From assembly GCA_965242505.1 (NCBI GenBank), contig OZ251449.1, positions 2,803,843 through 2,867,842 on the forward strand: a DNA stretch of 64,000 nucleotides. Reading direction: 5' to 3'. Positions 1 through 9,258 of this stretch are shown piece after piece. Numbering within the stretch: the first letter of the stretch is position 1; every line of letters begins with the position of its first letter. The translations under genes were made by a program, and so were the position numbers. This DNA comes from Alphaproteobacteria bacterium. GTDB taxonomy: Bacteria > Pseudomonadota > Alphaproteobacteria > UBA2966. The notes under the pieces were generated by a model. The model ran no database searches. It was not told the DNA's origin and worked only from the letters and a program-made list of their open reading frames with translations.

Positions 1-2404
1 GGCGCCGCCACAGCTCCTCGGCGATATGGGGCATCATGGGTCCGATCAGCCGGACCAGGGTCTCCAGGGCCTCCCGGAGCGCGGCGGCGGCGTCCGGCCG
101 TTCCTCTCCGTCCGGCGGCGTCCACGAACCCAGGACGTTGACGAACTCGTGGATCCGCGCCACCGCCTTGTTGAAGCGGAACGCCTCGATGTCGGCGCCG
201 ACCGCCGCGATCGTCCGGTGGGCGGCGCGGCGCAGCTCGCCGTCGGGGCCGTCCCCGGCGGCCGCCGGCCGGCCGCTCCCGGCCTCGCCGGCGTGGACGC
301 CCAGTTCCCGCGCCAGCCGCCACACCCGCTGCGTGAAGCGCCAGGCGCCCGCCACCCCGGCGTCCGTCCATTCCAGGTCGCGCTCCGGCGGACTGTCGGA
401 CAGCACGAACCAGCGGGCCGTATCGGCGCCGTACCGGTCGATGATGGAGCCCGGGTCGACGACGTTCTTCCTGGACTTGCTCATCGACTCCGAGCGGCCG
501 ACCTCGACGGGCGCGCCCGACTCCGCGAGCGCCGCCCGGCCGTCCGGGCTCCGCGCCACCTCCTCGGGATAGCGCCAGTTCCCGTCCCCGTCCCGATAGG
601 TCTCGTGGCAGACCATCCCCTGGGTGAACAGCCCCGCGAAGGGCTCGTCGAACCCGAGGTGGCCGCGGTCCTTCATGGCCCGCATGAAGAACCGGGAATA
701 CAGCAGGTGGAGGATGGCGTGCTCGATCCCGCCGACGTACTGGTCCACCGGCATCCAGTAGCGGATCGCGTCCCGGTCGACGGGGGCGTCGGCGCGCGGG
801 CAGCAGAAGCGGGCGAAGTACCACGACGAGTCCACGAAGGTGTCGAGGGTGTCCGTTTCGCGCAGGGCCGGCTTCCCGCACGCCGGACAGTCCACCCGCC
901 GCCAGGCCATGTGGTCGTCGAGGGGGTTTCCGGGCCTGTCGAAGGTGACGTCCTCCGGCAGGGCGACGGGCAGGTCCTGCTCGGGGACCGGCACGACGCC
1001 GCAGCCGTCGCAGTGGATCATGGGGATCGGGCAGCCCCAGTACCGCTGCCGGGACACTCCCCAGTCGCGGAGGCGGTAGTTGACCGCGCGCCGCCCCCTG
1101 CCCGCCCGTTCGAGCCTTTCGGCGACCGCCTCCTTCGCCGCGTCCACGGAGAGGCCGTCGAGGAACCGGGAATTGGCGAGGACGGCGCCGTCGGTCTCGA
1201 GGAAGGCCTCGCCGCCGACCCGGAACCGGGCGGCGTCCGCATCCTTGGGGACGACGACCGGCAGCACGGGAAGCCCGTACGCGCGCGCGAAGTCCAGGTC
1301 CCGCTGGTCGTGCGCGGGACAGCCGAAGACGGCCCCCGAGCCGTACTCCATCAGCACGAAGTTGGCGATGTAGACGGGCAGCTCCCTGCCTTCGTCGAAG
1401 GGGTGGCGGACCCGGAGGCCGGTGTCGCAGCCCTTCTTCTCGGCGGTCTCGACGGCTTCCTCGCTGGTTCCCATGCGGCGGCACTCGGCGACGAACGCCG
1501 CCGCCTCGGGGTCGCGCTCCGCCGCCTCGGAGGCGAGCGGGTGGTCGGCCGACAGGGCCATGAAGCTGGCGCCGAAGATGGTGTCGTGCCGCGTCGTGTA
1601 GACGTCGAGGACGTCGTCCCGCCCGACGATCTCGAAGGACATGGCGAGGCCCTCGGAACGGCCGATCCAGTTCCGCTGCATGGTCCGCACCCGGGGCGGC
1701 CAGCGGTCGAGCGCGTCGAGGGCCTCCAGGAGCTCGTCGGCGAACGCGGTGATCCTGAAGAACCACTGGCTCAGCCTGCGCTTCTCGACGGGAGCGCCGG
1801 ACCGCCAGCCGCGGCCGTCGATCACCTGCTCGTTCGCCAGCACCGTGCGGTCCGCCGGGTCCCAGTTGACCCACGATTCGCCCCGGTACGCGAGGCCGGC
1901 CTCGTACATGTCGAGGAACAGCTTCTGCTGGTGGGCGTAGTATCCGGGATGGCAGGTGGCCAGCTCCCGCGACCAGTCGAGCGACAGCCCCATCGCCTTG
2001 AGCTCGTCGCGCATGGTGGCGATGTTGCCGTAGGTCCACGCCGCCGGATGGACGTTCTGCTCCCGCGCCGCGTTCTCGGCGGGCAGGCCGAAGGCGTCCC
2101 AGCCCATGGGGTGCAGGACGCTGAACCCCATGGCCCGCTTGTGCCGCGCGACCACGTCCCCCAGCGTGTAGTTGCGGACGTGTCCCATGTGGATGCGCCC
2201 GGAGGGGTACGGAAACATCTCGAGGACGTAGTACTTCGGCTTGCCGGGGTCTTCGCGGGCCTCGAACGTGCGGCGCTCGGCCCAGATCCGTTGCCACTTC
2301 GCCTCCGTCCGCCGGGCGTCGTACCGGTCGCCGCGGGGGGCGGGCGGGTCCGCGGCGCCGGTCGGCGGGGCGTCGGCGGCCGCGGTCTCGGGGAGCGCCG
2401 TCAC
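1..2404 (-). CDS. leuS: Leucyl-tRNA synthetase, N-terminal about 800 aa; gene continues beyond the left window edge
   Basis: Reverse-strand translation gives [56 protein letters not shown] and the (E)SMSKS(R)KN motif, all class I LeuS signatures. It is absent from the ORF track because no stop falls in the window. The GTG start near 2404 gives [28 protein letters not shown]. The 1029-aa plus-strand ORF at 26..3115 is its antisense shadow. Confidence 0.9.
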   Translation of the reverse strand, partial: MTALPETAAADAPPTGAADPPAPRGDRYDARRTEAKWQRIWAERRTFEAREDPGKPKYYVLEMFPYPSGRIHMGHVRNYTLGDVVARHKRAMGFSVLHPMGWDAFGLPAENAAREQNVHPAAWTYGNIATMRDELKAMGLSLDWSRELATCHPGYYAHQQKLFLDMYEAGLAYRGESWVNWDPADRTVLANEQVIDGRGWRSGAPVEKRRLSQWFFRITAFADELLEALDALDRWPPRVRTMQRNWIGRSEGLAMSFEIVGRDDVLDVYTTRHDTIFGASFMALSADHPLASEAAERDPEAAAFVAECRRMGTSEEAVETAEKKGCDTGLRVRHPFDEGRELPVYIANFVLMEYGSGAVFGCPAHDQRDLDFARAYGLPVLPVVVPKDADAARFRVGGEAFLETDGAVLANSRFLDGLSVDAAKEAVAERLERAGRGRRAVNYRLRDWGVSRQRYWGCPIPMIHCDGCGVVPVPEQDLPVALPEDVTFDRPGNPLDDHMAWRRVDCPACGKPALRETDTLDTFVDSSWYFARFCCPRADAPVDRDAIRYWMPVDQYVGGIEHAILHLLYSRFFMRAMKDRGHLGFDEPFAGLFTQGMVCHETYRDGDGNWRYPEEVARSPDGRAALAESGAPVEVGRSESMSKSRKNVVDPGSIIDRYGADTARWFVLSDSPPERDLEWTDAGVAGAWRFTQRVWRLARELGVHAGEAGSGRPAAAGDGPDGELRRAAHRTIAAVGADIEAFRFNKAVARIHEFVNVLGSWTPPDGEERPDAAAALREALETLVRLIGPMMPHIAEELWRR

Positions 2405-2460
2405 GGGGAGGAGCGTTCCGCGGGCGCCGTCACGCCGGCGTCCTCCGCTCCGCCGTCCGC

Positions 2461-2523
2461 CTCCGGCGAAACCTCCGCCGTTCGCCTCCGGCGAAACCTC
2501 CGCCGTTCGCCTCCGGCGAAACC
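2461..2523. repeat. 25-bp direct tandem repeat (2.5 copies), ctccggcgaaacctccgccgttcgc, between the leuS start and the downstream small gene
   Basis: Read directly in sequence at 2461-2485, 2486-2510 and a partial copy at 2511-2523. Confidence 0.6.
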
Positions 2524-2526
2524 CGT

Positions 2527-2925
2527 TCACGCCGCGTCCTTCCGGCCGGTCACGGCGTCGCGCAGGCCGTCGATCAGGCCTTCGAGCCGGGCCATGCGCT
2601 GCTCGACGCCACCCATGCGCTGTTCGAGGCCGCCCATCCGTTGTTCGAGGCCATCCATGCGCCGCTCGAGACCGTCCATGCGCTGTTCGAGGCCGTCCAT
2701 GCGCCGCTCGAGGCCGTCGATGCGCTGGCCGAGGCCGTCGATGCGTTGCTCAAGGCCGTCGATGCGCTGGCCGAGGCGCTGTTCGAGACCGCCCATGCGC
2801 TGCTCGACGCCGTCGATGCGCTGGCCGAGGCGCTGCTCGATCTTGCCCACGTCCGCCCGCAGCCAGGCGAAGACGGCGACGATCAGGGTCGCCAGACCGA
2901 GGAGGCCGCCCAGTTCCGGGGTCAT
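2527..2925 (-). CDS. Small membrane-anchored protein (132 aa): N-terminal TM helix followed by about 12 degenerate octad repeats (Q/R)R(M/I)DGLEQ
   Basis: ORF starts [22 protein letters not shown] (hydrophobic helix) then runs ([11 protein letters not shown] / LEQRMDG) repeats. GGAG sits about 12 nt upstream of the ATG. An underlying 24-nt DNA periodicity is visible at 2590-2860. It follows the lipoprotein gene on the same strand. Confidence 0.5.
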   Translation of the reverse strand: MTPELGGLLGLATLIVAVFAWLRADVGKIEQRLGQRIDGVEQRMGGLEQRLGQRIDGLEQRIDGLGQRIDGLERRMDGLEQRMDGLERRMDGLEQRMGGLEQRMGGVEQRMARLEGLIDGLRDAVTGRKDAA

Positions 2926-2934
2926 GGCGGTTCC

Positions 2935-3486
2935 CTACTCCGGCGGAACGGCGTTCGCGCGCAGCTCGCGCGCGCGGGTGAGGATCGCGTTCTCCAGGTC
3001 CGTCGCCGTTCCGTCGCCCACGCCGCCGTCGACCCAGCGGTCGCCCGCCGCGAGCCGCTGCCGGAACACCGACACCTTCACGCCGTCCGCGCGCAGCTGG
3101 CGGTCGAGGATGTAGACCGTCATCTTGAAGCGTTCCGAGGGCGTCTCGGGAGGCGAGTACCAGTCGGTGATGATCACGCCGCCGAAGGGGTCGGCGGACG
3201 AGAGCGGCATGAACGAGACGGTGTCGAGCGAGGCCCGCCAGAGGAACGCGTTGACGCCGATGCCCCCGCCGTCCGACGACCGGGCGTCCGGGCCCCCGAA
3301 GAGGGGGATCCCGCCGCCGAACAGCCCGCCACCGTCGTCACCCTCGAACCGGGCCTTCCTGGGATCGTTGTCGACGTCGCCGACCTCCTCGATCGTCGGG
3401 TTCCCGCATCCGGCGGCGAGCAGCAGGACGCCGCCGAGAACGCCGGCCAGCAGGGGCCGCCCGCGCCGGGGTCCGAACGTCTTCAT
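2935..3486 (-). CDS. DUF3576-like lipoprotein (183 aa) with lipobox LAAGC
   Basis: Internal start MKTFGPRRGRPLLAGVLGGVLLLAAGCGNPT is a SPII signal with a Cys lipobox. GGGAGAcgccc-ATG is the RBS. The C-terminal GIGVNAFLWRASLDTVSFMPLSSADPFGGVIITDWY matches the DUF3576 family as I remember it. The longer N-terminal extension of the track ORF is Arg-rich and unlikely to be translated. Confidence 0.7.
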   Translation of the reverse strand: MKTFGPRRGRPLLAGVLGGVLLLAAGCGNPTIEEVGDVDNDPRKARFEGDDGGGLFGGGIPLFGGPDARSSDGGGIGVNAFLWRASLDTVSFMPLSSADPFGGVIITDWYSPPETPSERFKMTVYILDRQLRADGVKVSVFRQRLAAGDRWVDGGVGDGTATDLENAILTRARELRANAVPPE

Positions 3487-3737
3487 GGGCGTCTCCCGTC
3501 CCTGGGGTTCCGAATCCGTATCCGTCCACGGACGGCCTGCGGCGGCCGGAGCGCGCCGACGGCCAGGCCGGCGTCGGCGCGTTCTTCCCCGCGGGGCCCG
3601 ATTGTGCGACGGCCGGCCCCGGCGCGCAACCGGCTTGTCCTCGTTCAGGACATTCGCATCGTTCCCGCCCGACCCCCGCCCCCGACGCGACCCCCCCTTC
3701 CGTAGCGCGCGCGGCCGGCGGGGGGATGGGGCGCGGG

Positions 3738-4199
3738 TCAACCGGCGGCGGGGAGCAGCAGCTTGAGCAGGCCGAAGGTCAAGCCGGCGTTGGCGAGCAC
3801 GATCCCGACGGCGATGCCGACGAAGCGGACCGTCAACCGCGTTTCGAGGTTGGCCACGTCGGTCTTGAGTTCGGCCTTCGCTTCAGCGAGCTCGGCCTTC
3901 ACTTCGGCGAGCTCGGCCTTCGTCGCCATCCTGTTCTCGACGCGGGCGATGTCGGCTTTGACGGCGGCGAGTCCATTGTCCAGGTCGGTCCTGAGCGCGG
4001 TGAGGCCGGTATCGAGGTCCACCTTGGCGGCGGCGAGTCCCTTGTCGAGGTCGTCCTTGGTGGCGACGCCTTCCGCCACGGCGTCGCGGACGGCCTCGGC
4101 GTGCGCTTCGGCCTGGGCCTCGTCCACGCCGGCCGCCTTGAGGCGACGCGCGTAGGACAGCGTGTCGAAGCCGGTGGCGTGCGTGATCTTCATGGCCAT
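3738..4199 (-). CDS. DUF1640-family coiled-coil protein with C-terminal TM anchor (paralog 1, about 153 aa)
   Basis: MAMKITHATGFDTLSYARRLKAAGVDEAQAEAHAEAVRDAV... followed by K/E-rich coiled coil and the C-terminal hydrophobic RFVGIAVGIVLANAGLTFGLLKLL. The start was set at the MAMK motif shared with the paralog. Confidence 0.7.
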   Translation of the reverse strand: MAMKITHATGFDTLSYARRLKAAGVDEAQAEAHAEAVRDAVAEGVATKDDLDKGLAAAKVDLDTGLTALRTDLDNGLAAVKADIARVENRMATKAELAEVKAELAEAKAELKTDVANLETRLTVRFVGIAVGIVLANAGLTFGLLKLLLPAAG

Positions 4200-4615
4200 G
4201 GGGCCGAGGCTACACCGTCGCGGGGCCGTCCGCAAGCGCGCGTCCATGCGGACCCCCCTCCCCCCTCGTGTTTCTCCCTCCCCCCTGCCAGGGGGGAGGA
4301 GTGTGGATGGTCAGGGGGGAGGAGTGCGCGGGGCGAGGGTCGTTCGGCGGGTTCGGCTGGCGGTCCGGGCCTCGCGCGCCGCCATGGCCTCCTCCTGGCG
4401 GCGGAGCCTCTCCTCCTCGTAGCGGCGTTCGTCTCGGCCTCGCGTTTCCGCCTCATGTCTTCGTTGAAGCGGTCCATCCCGCGGAGGTCACGGCAGATGC
4501 CGATGATGATGATGACGTAGACGGCGACGGCGGCGGCCGCGATCCAGACGCCGGCGGTCGAGATCCAGTGGATCGTGTGTTGCGCGGTGAGGATGGCCTG
4601 TTCGGGCTCGGTCAT
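4190..4615 (-). CDS. Small membrane protein (the first 70 aa or so are convincing); the C-terminal tail is read-through of the REP element
   Basis: AAGGGAGAcgccc-ATG RBS. MTEPEQAILTAQHTIHWISTAGVWIAAAAVAVYVIIIIGICRDL is a TM helix. Downstream residues (PPDHPHSSPLAGG) are a typical REP translation, so the true stop and extent are uncertain. Confidence 0.4.
   Translation of the reverse strand: MTEPEQAILTAQHTIHWISTAGVWIAAAAVAVYVIIIIGICRDLRGMDRFNEDMRRKREAETNAATRRRGSAARRRPWRRARPGPPAEPAERPSPRALLPPDHPHSSPLAGGREKHEGGGGSAWTRACGRPRDGVASAPWP
4255..4340. repeat. REP-like palindromic elements (type A core CTCCCCCCTG(C/T)CAGGGGGGAG), 2 copies
   Basis: ctcccccctgccaggggggaggagtgtggatggtcaggggggaggagtgcgcgggg. 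The same family recurs across the window. Confidence 0.7.
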
Positions 4616-4654
4616 GGGCGTCTCCCTTCAGGCCAGGATGCTGCCGGATTGCCG

Positions 4655-4712
4655 CGAAGGCGGGAACCCCCCTCCCGGCCTCCCCCGCCAGGGGGGAGGG
4701 GCGCGTCGGGGC
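4655..4712. repeat. REP-like element (type A) immediately 3' of DUF1640 paralog 2
   Basis: cccctcccggcctcccccgccaggggggaggggcgcgtcggggcgcggg. Confidence 0.65.
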
Positions 4713-4717
4713 GCGGG

Positions 4718-5218
4718 TCAACCGGCGGCGGGGGGCAGCAGCTTGAGCAGGCCGAACGCCAAGCCGGCGTTGGCGAGCACGATCCCGACGGCGATGCCGA
4801 CGAAGCGGACCGTCAACCGCGTTTCGAGATTGGCCACGTCGGTCTTCGTCGCCATCTTGTCCTCGATGCGTTCGACCCTGCCTTCGAGGCGGGCGACGTC
4901 GGCCTTGAGCTCGGCCTTCACTTCGGCGAGCTCGGCCTTCGTCGCCATCCTGTCCTCGACGCGGGCGATATCGGCCCTGGTGGCGGCGAGTCCATTGTCC
5001 AGGTCGGTCCTGAGCGCGGTGAGGCCGGTATCGAGGTCCACCTTGGCGGCGGCGAGTCCCTTGTCGAGGTCGTCCTTGGTGGCGACGCCTTCCGTCACGG
5101 CGTCGCGGACGGCCTCGGCGTGCGCTTCGGCCTGGGCCTCGTCCACGCCGGCCGCCTTGAGGCGGCGCGCGTAGGTCAGCGTATCGAAGCCGGGAACGGG
5201 CGCGATCTTCATGGCCAT
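4718..5218 (-). CDS. DUF1640-family coiled-coil protein with C-terminal TM anchor (paralog 2, about 166 aa)
   Basis: MAMKIAPVPGFDTLTYARRLKAAGVDEAQAEAHAEAVRDAVTEGV... The N-terminal 70 aa and C-terminal 40 aa are almost identical to paralog 1 at both DNA and protein level, and the central coiled coil carries an extra repeat. The upstream part of the track ORF reads into the IS. Confidence 0.7.
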   Translation of the reverse strand: MAMKIAPVPGFDTLTYARRLKAAGVDEAQAEAHAEAVRDAVTEGVATKDDLDKGLAAAKVDLDTGLTALRTDLDNGLAATRADIARVEDRMATKAELAEVKAELKADVARLEGRVERIEDKMATKTDVANLETRLTVRFVGIAVGIVLANAGLAFGLLKLLPPAAG

Positions 5219-5271
5219 GGGGGCGAAGCTACACCGTCGCGGGGCTGTCCGCAAGCGCGCATCCATTGAGC

Positions 5272-6128
5272 AACCGGATAGATGGGTAACACTATAGACC
5301 GGATACATGGGTAACAGTGTTCCCGGTCTGTCCCGCTTCCGTGCGGCCCGGCCGGGCCGCACGGAAGCGGTGTAGCTTCTTCGACCTCCGATCGATGATC
5401 CCGAGGTCGACATCCGCGAAGCGGACGATCCAGTCGCCCCCGTCAGTCTCGGCCACGCCCACAGGCTCACCCCTCAGCGTCTCGCTGACGAAGACCAAGT
5501 CGCCGCCCCACTTGATGGAGCCATCGGTGCGGACCCGGCGCATCGCGTGCTCGGCATCGTACCAGGGCTCCTCCAGGCGCTCGGGATGACGCCGCGACGA
5601 CGACCGGTAGAACGCCGCAGGCGGCCTCTGCCCCAAGGCCTCATGCGGACGATGGACGTTGAAGTCCTGGCGGAAGCGGTCGAAGCGGGCCTGTTGCGCG
5701 TCCGCCGTCGCCGCCGGCGGCGTCGCGGTCTCGGCCTTCAACGTCCGATGCATCCGCTCATGCCTCCCGTTCTGCTGCGGCTGACCCCGCGCAATCCGCT
5801 CCACCGCGATCCCGGCCTTGATCCATTCCACCGACAGACGCGACAGACCCCCAGCCCCCGGACCGGCGAACGGCGCCCCGTTGTCCGAACGGATGGCCTC
5901 GGGAACCCCGTAGCGCCGGAACACCCGCCCCACCGCCGCCCCCACCGCAGCGGTCTGCGGCGGGACGATGACGCACGCCAACAGAAAGCGGCTGTAGGCG
6001 TCGGTGATCGTCAGCGGATCGCAGCGGACGCCGTCGCGGGTGCGAAACCACCCCTTGAAGTCGATGCACCACACGTCGTTGGGAGCCGCCACAGAGCGGA
6101 ACGGACGACACGTGCGTGGCCGAAACAT
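5272..6128 (-). mobile_element. 5'-truncated IS481-family IS copy (one terminal IR plus the C-terminal 278 aa of the transposase), inverted relative to the intact copy at about 14424-15748
   Basis: The ORF 5292..6128(-) product is 95% or more identical to residues about 134-411 of the transposase at 14491..15726 (CIDFKGWFRTRDGVRCDPLTITDAYSRF... DDE/rve domain). The terminal sequence gagcaaccggatagatgggtaacactatagaccggatacatgggtaacag at 5272-5320 is the reverse complement of the intact copy's right end. The N-terminal HTH part is missing. Confidence 0.85.
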
Positions 6129-6849
6129 GGGGCGGGGCCAGTTTCGGAAAATCCAGAACTGGATCGGCGCCCCGGGCTCCCCGATAGGAAAGGCCGATTT
6201 CGTCCCGCCGGCCCCGGAGACCCTGATGCCCGAACTGGATGCGTGGGAGAAGTACTATCACGCGGAATCCCCCGACGGACTCGTCCAAATGGCCGTGGTC
6301 CACGCTCAGTTCGAAATCATCCATCCCTTCCTGGACGGCAACGGGCGTATCGGACGCATTCTGATACCGCTGTTTCTCGCGGAGAAGAAACTCCTTTCGC
6401 GCCCGATGTTCTATCTATCGTCGTACCTTGAACGACACAGGGACGAATACGTCTCGGGGCTGCGCGCCCTCAGCCGACGGAACGATGGCTGGAACCTCTG
6501 GATAGGCTTCTTTCTGCGCGCGGTCGAGGAGGAAGCGCGAGCGAACGCCGACAAGGCGAAAGCGATCATCGACCTCTACGCGGACCTGAAGGAGAGGGTG
6601 CTGGCTCTCACGCACTCACAATACGCCATCCCGCTCCTCGACCAGATGTTCGAGCGCCCGTTGTTCCGGAGCGCGATGCTTCGGTTTCCCGACGGTCTCG
6701 CGCCGAGTCGGCAGGCCGTGTCCCATCTGCTTCGTCAGTTGCGCAGCAGCGGCATCCTGAAGGTCCTGCGAGAAGGTCGGGGAAGACGCGCCCAAATCCT
6801 GGTCCTGGCCGAGCTCGTCAACATCTGCGAGGGCGAGGAGATCGTTTAG
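6129..6849 (+). pseudogene. Fic/DOC family protein (AMPylase-type), 5'-truncated at the junction with the IS fragment
   Basis: Canonical Fic motif HPFLDGNGRIGR in ...AVVHAQFEIIHPFLDGNGRIGRILIPLFL. The homologous reading frame begins abruptly at about 6128 (..QNWIGAPGSPIGKADFVPP..) with no N-terminal about 100 aa and no own start. Upstream residues of the track ORF are antisense IS sequence. Confidence 0.7.
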
Positions 6850-6892
6850 GCCGCATTTCTCATACCGGCAGGGATCGGAGATTGCGCGGCGT

Positions 6893-6960
6893 TGCGGGGC
6901 CGCGGACCCCCCTCCCGACCTCCCCCCTGCCAGGGGGGAGGAGTGCGCGGGGCGGGGGTC
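6893..6960. repeat. REP-like element (type A)
   Basis: cccccctcccgacctcccccctgccaggggggaggagtgcgcggggcggggg. Confidence 0.7.
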
Positions 6961-7010
6961 GTTCGGCGGCGGGGGAGCAGCAGCTTGAGCAGGCCGAACG
7001 CCAAGCCGCC
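6961..7010 (-). pseudogene. About 45-bp remnant of a DUF1640 gene 3' end (third, fragmentary copy)
   Basis: ggcggcgggggagcagcagcttgagcaggccgaacgccaagccg nearly matches the 3' ends of the paralogs at 3738-3790 and 4718-4770 (encoding ..GLAFGLLKLLPPAAG). As with those paralogs, it sits right beside a REP. Confidence 0.55.
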
Positions 7011-7191
7011 TGCGCCGGGTGTGGCGAAAAAGCCACATTCCGTGTCGTTCTCGCCCGCGGCGCGCGGTTCCGCCGCCGAACCCGCGGATTCCCGTTGATT
7101 CGGCGGAACGGCGCGTGCTTACGTTGAAGGGCGCAAAGACGCGTCGTATGGTTTTTGGCCAAACAACCCTGTTGGTTACGGAGGATCACGA

Positions 7192-8289
7192 ATGAAAACG
7201 CACAAGAGCAGGCTTCTCGCCACCAGCGCTCTGGCGGGCGCCGGGATGGCGCTTCCGGGCGTCGCGGCGGCCGAGATGATGAAGCCGGCCCTCTCGGTGG
7301 GCGGCTACCTCTGGCACGACACCCACTTCGCCAGCCAGGACATGGACGAGAACAAGAGCTCCGTCCTGCACCATGTCGACTCCGAGGTCCACTTCAAGCT
7401 GGCCGGCGAGCTCGACAACGGCCTCAAGATCGGCGGGCGCATCGAGCTCGAGAGCCAGACCGGCGGCGACCAGATCGACGAGACCTGGCTCGACCTTTCG
7501 GGCGCGTGGGGGATGCTCAGGTTCGGGAACAAGAACTCCGGGCGCTACGTCCACAGCTGGTCGGCGACGGGCCCGAACGTGTCCCACGGCGTCACCTCGG
7601 GCGTGACGACGGAATGGCTGGTTCTCCCTGAGGGTGTCGGCGCTGGCCTCTTCTTCCGCAAGCCGCTCGGCTCGGCCCACCCCGACGTCTCGAACGACGA
7701 CCCGGCCCTCACCTACTTCACGCCGCGCTTCAACGGCTTCCAGATCTCGGTGACCCACCGCCCCGAAATCCAGAACACGGGCGGCAAGAACATCGGGACG
7801 AGCGGGTCGGACGACACGGCGAACTACACCAACGCGCTCGACGGCTCGGTCCAGTACTCCGGCGACGTGGGCGGCATGAAGGTCGCCCTCGTGCTCGGCG
7901 CGGGCTCGGCCGGCGGTCCGGACGGCGCGGAGGACTACCAGGTCGTCAACGGCGGCGCCAAGGTCACCGCCAGCGGCTTCAGCTTCGGCGGCCACATGGC
8001 CGACGTGGAAGACGACATGAACAACGCCACCGGCACGGCGTACAGCGTCGGCGCGAGCTACGGGCAGGGCCCGTGGGCGGTGAGCGCGACGTTCCACGAT
8101 GGCGAGGTCGACGGCACCGTCGCCGACCCCGACAGCAGCGAGTTGTCGGTGTGGGCCCTGGGCACGAAATACACCCTCGGTCCGGGCGTGCGCCTCCTGG
8201 CGTCGTACCAGAACGCGGAGGTGACCTCGGAGCTCGGCGGCAGCAACGAGGGTTCGGCATTCACCGCGGGCGTCGCGGTCAACTTCTGA
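7192..8289 (+). CDS. Outer-membrane porin (alphaproteobacterial general porin type), 365 aa
   Basis: GGAGG RBS 7 nt upstream. Signal peptide MKTHKSRLLATSALAGAGMALPGVAAA. Gly/Ser/Thr-rich amphipathic beta-strand composition and a C-terminal ...AGVAVNF ending in Phe. The strong hairpin terminator follows. Confidence 0.8.
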   Translation: MKTHKSRLLATSALAGAGMALPGVAAAEMMKPALSVGGYLWHDTHFASQDMDENKSSVLHHVDSEVHFKLAGELDNGLKIGGRIELESQTGGDQIDETWLDLSGAWGMLRFGNKNSGRYVHSWSATGPNVSHGVTSGVTTEWLVLPEGVGAGLFFRKPLGSAHPDVSNDDPALTYFTPRFNGFQISVTHRPEIQNTGGKNIGTSGSDDTANYTNALDGSVQYSGDVGGMKVALVLGAGSAGGPDGAEDYQVVNGGAKVTASGFSFGGHMADVEDDMNNATGTAYSVGASYGQGPWAVSATFHDGEVDGTVADPDSSELSVWALGTKYTLGPGVRLLASYQNAEVTSELGGSNEGSAFTAGVAVNF

Positions 8290-8291
8290 CC

Positions 8292-8347
8292 CGGCTTCCG
8301 GCGGAAGCCGCCAGGGGCGGGGGGCCATCCCCCGCCCCTTTTCTTTG
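8292..8347 (+). terminator. Rho-independent terminator of the porin gene
   Basis: Hairpin cggcttccg-g-cggaagccg, then ggggcgggggg-ccat-cccccgcccc followed by ttttctttg. Confidence 0.65.
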
Positions 8348-8496
8348 CCGCGCCGGCGCGGGCCGCCGTCCGGTCCACCGGCGGGCGCGACCGAATGGCA
8401 CCGTCGTATCCGCGGGGCTTGGCGCGGCGCGCGGGCCGCGGTAGTCTCCGGACCGGTGGAGATGGGCGAGACCTGCATTTCCCGGAAGAGTCCCTG

Positions 8497-8760
8497 ATGC
8501 CGACATATCTCATCGCCTTGAATGCGCCGGATTCCGCGGTGTGGAAACGAGTCGAGTCGGTTTGGCCCGACGACCATTTCCTTCTCACGGATTGCCTGGC
8601 ATTCGTGTCCGAGGATGATCCCAACCTTCTTACGCAGGACATCGCCGAAAACCTGGGGATGACCGCGGAGGGGAACGTTCTCGGCCTGGTGACGGAGGTG
8701 AAAGGCCTGGCGGGACGCAACTCCACGTCGTTTGCCGAGTGGTTGAGTAAACGCTCATGA
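8497..8760 (+). CDS. Small acidic hypothetical protein (87 aa); first gene of a low-GC two-gene cassette
   Basis: MPTYLIALNAPDSAVWKRVESVWPDDHFLL... GGAAGAG lies upstream. Local GC is about 55-58% against about 70% for the flanks. The stop overlaps the next start (ATGA). Confidence 0.5.
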   Translation: MPTYLIALNAPDSAVWKRVESVWPDDHFLLTDCLAFVSEDDPNLLTQDIAENLGMTAEGNVLGLVTEVKGLAGRNSTSFAEWLSKRS

Positions 8761-9071
8761 GCGACCGCAGCGAAAACGTGGTGGATCTGGAAAAGAATCC
8801 CAGGAATCTCCAAGGGTCAGGCAGTGGCGGCGGGAACGGAAACCTCACACGGCACAGGCTGAACGACCTGGAACGCCGCATGGAGAAGCTGGAAAGCAAG
8901 GTGGATGATCTGATCGGTCTTTGCGCCAGGATCGACGAGAAACTGAATGAAGTCGCGAGCAAGAGTTACGTCTTGCGGATCCTGTGCGTAACCGTAGTGG
9001 TAACCATAGGGGGTTCACTCGCGACCGTCATCGTCCATGCCATCATGAGAACCTTGGTCCCTGTTTCCTGA
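8757..9071 (+). CDS. Tail-anchored coiled-coil membrane protein (104 aa; N-terminal coiled coil and C-terminal TM, XhlA/holin-accessory-like architecture)
   Basis: ..LTRHRLNDLERRMEKLESKVDDLIGLCARIDEKLNEVASKSYVLRILCVTVVVTIGGSLATVIVHAIM. Same low-GC islet, translationally coupled to the upstream gene. The family assignment is architectural only. Confidence 0.45.
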   Translation: MSDRSENVVDLEKNPRNLQGSGSGGGNGNLTRHRLNDLERRMEKLESKVDDLIGLCARIDEKLNEVASKSYVLRILCVTVVVTIGGSLATVIVHAIMRTLVPVS

Positions 9072-9258
9072 ACCCGTTCATCCATGAAAGCCCGCCGGGG
9101 TGGAGGATTTTCGCGGCGCTCCCGACCGGAACGTCATGGCGGCGGTTCCCCGGCCGGCGTCGGCGTCGGCGGGCGCGATCATGGTGCCGGCGCGGGCCGA
9201 AACGGCTTCCCGTTCGCGCGGAAATCCGGTAGCGTCCCGGCCTGAAGGGAGAGCCGCC

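Noticed and set aside
26-3115. 1029-aa plus-strand ORF covering the first 3 kb
   Set aside because: The protein is an Arg/Pro/Gly-rich low-complexity string with no motifs. The opposite strand encodes an unmistakable LeuS (HMGH, KMSKS-type motifs) that the ORF track misses because its stop lies off-window. This is a classic high-GC antisense shadow ORF.
2641-3705. 354-aa plus ORF beginning with repetitive FEAxHAPLE units
   Set aside because: It is the mirror strand of the octad-repeat gene. Downstream of the repeats it decays into an Arg/Pro-rich shadow of the lipoprotein gene, so the minus-strand reading, with TM helix and RBS, is preferred.
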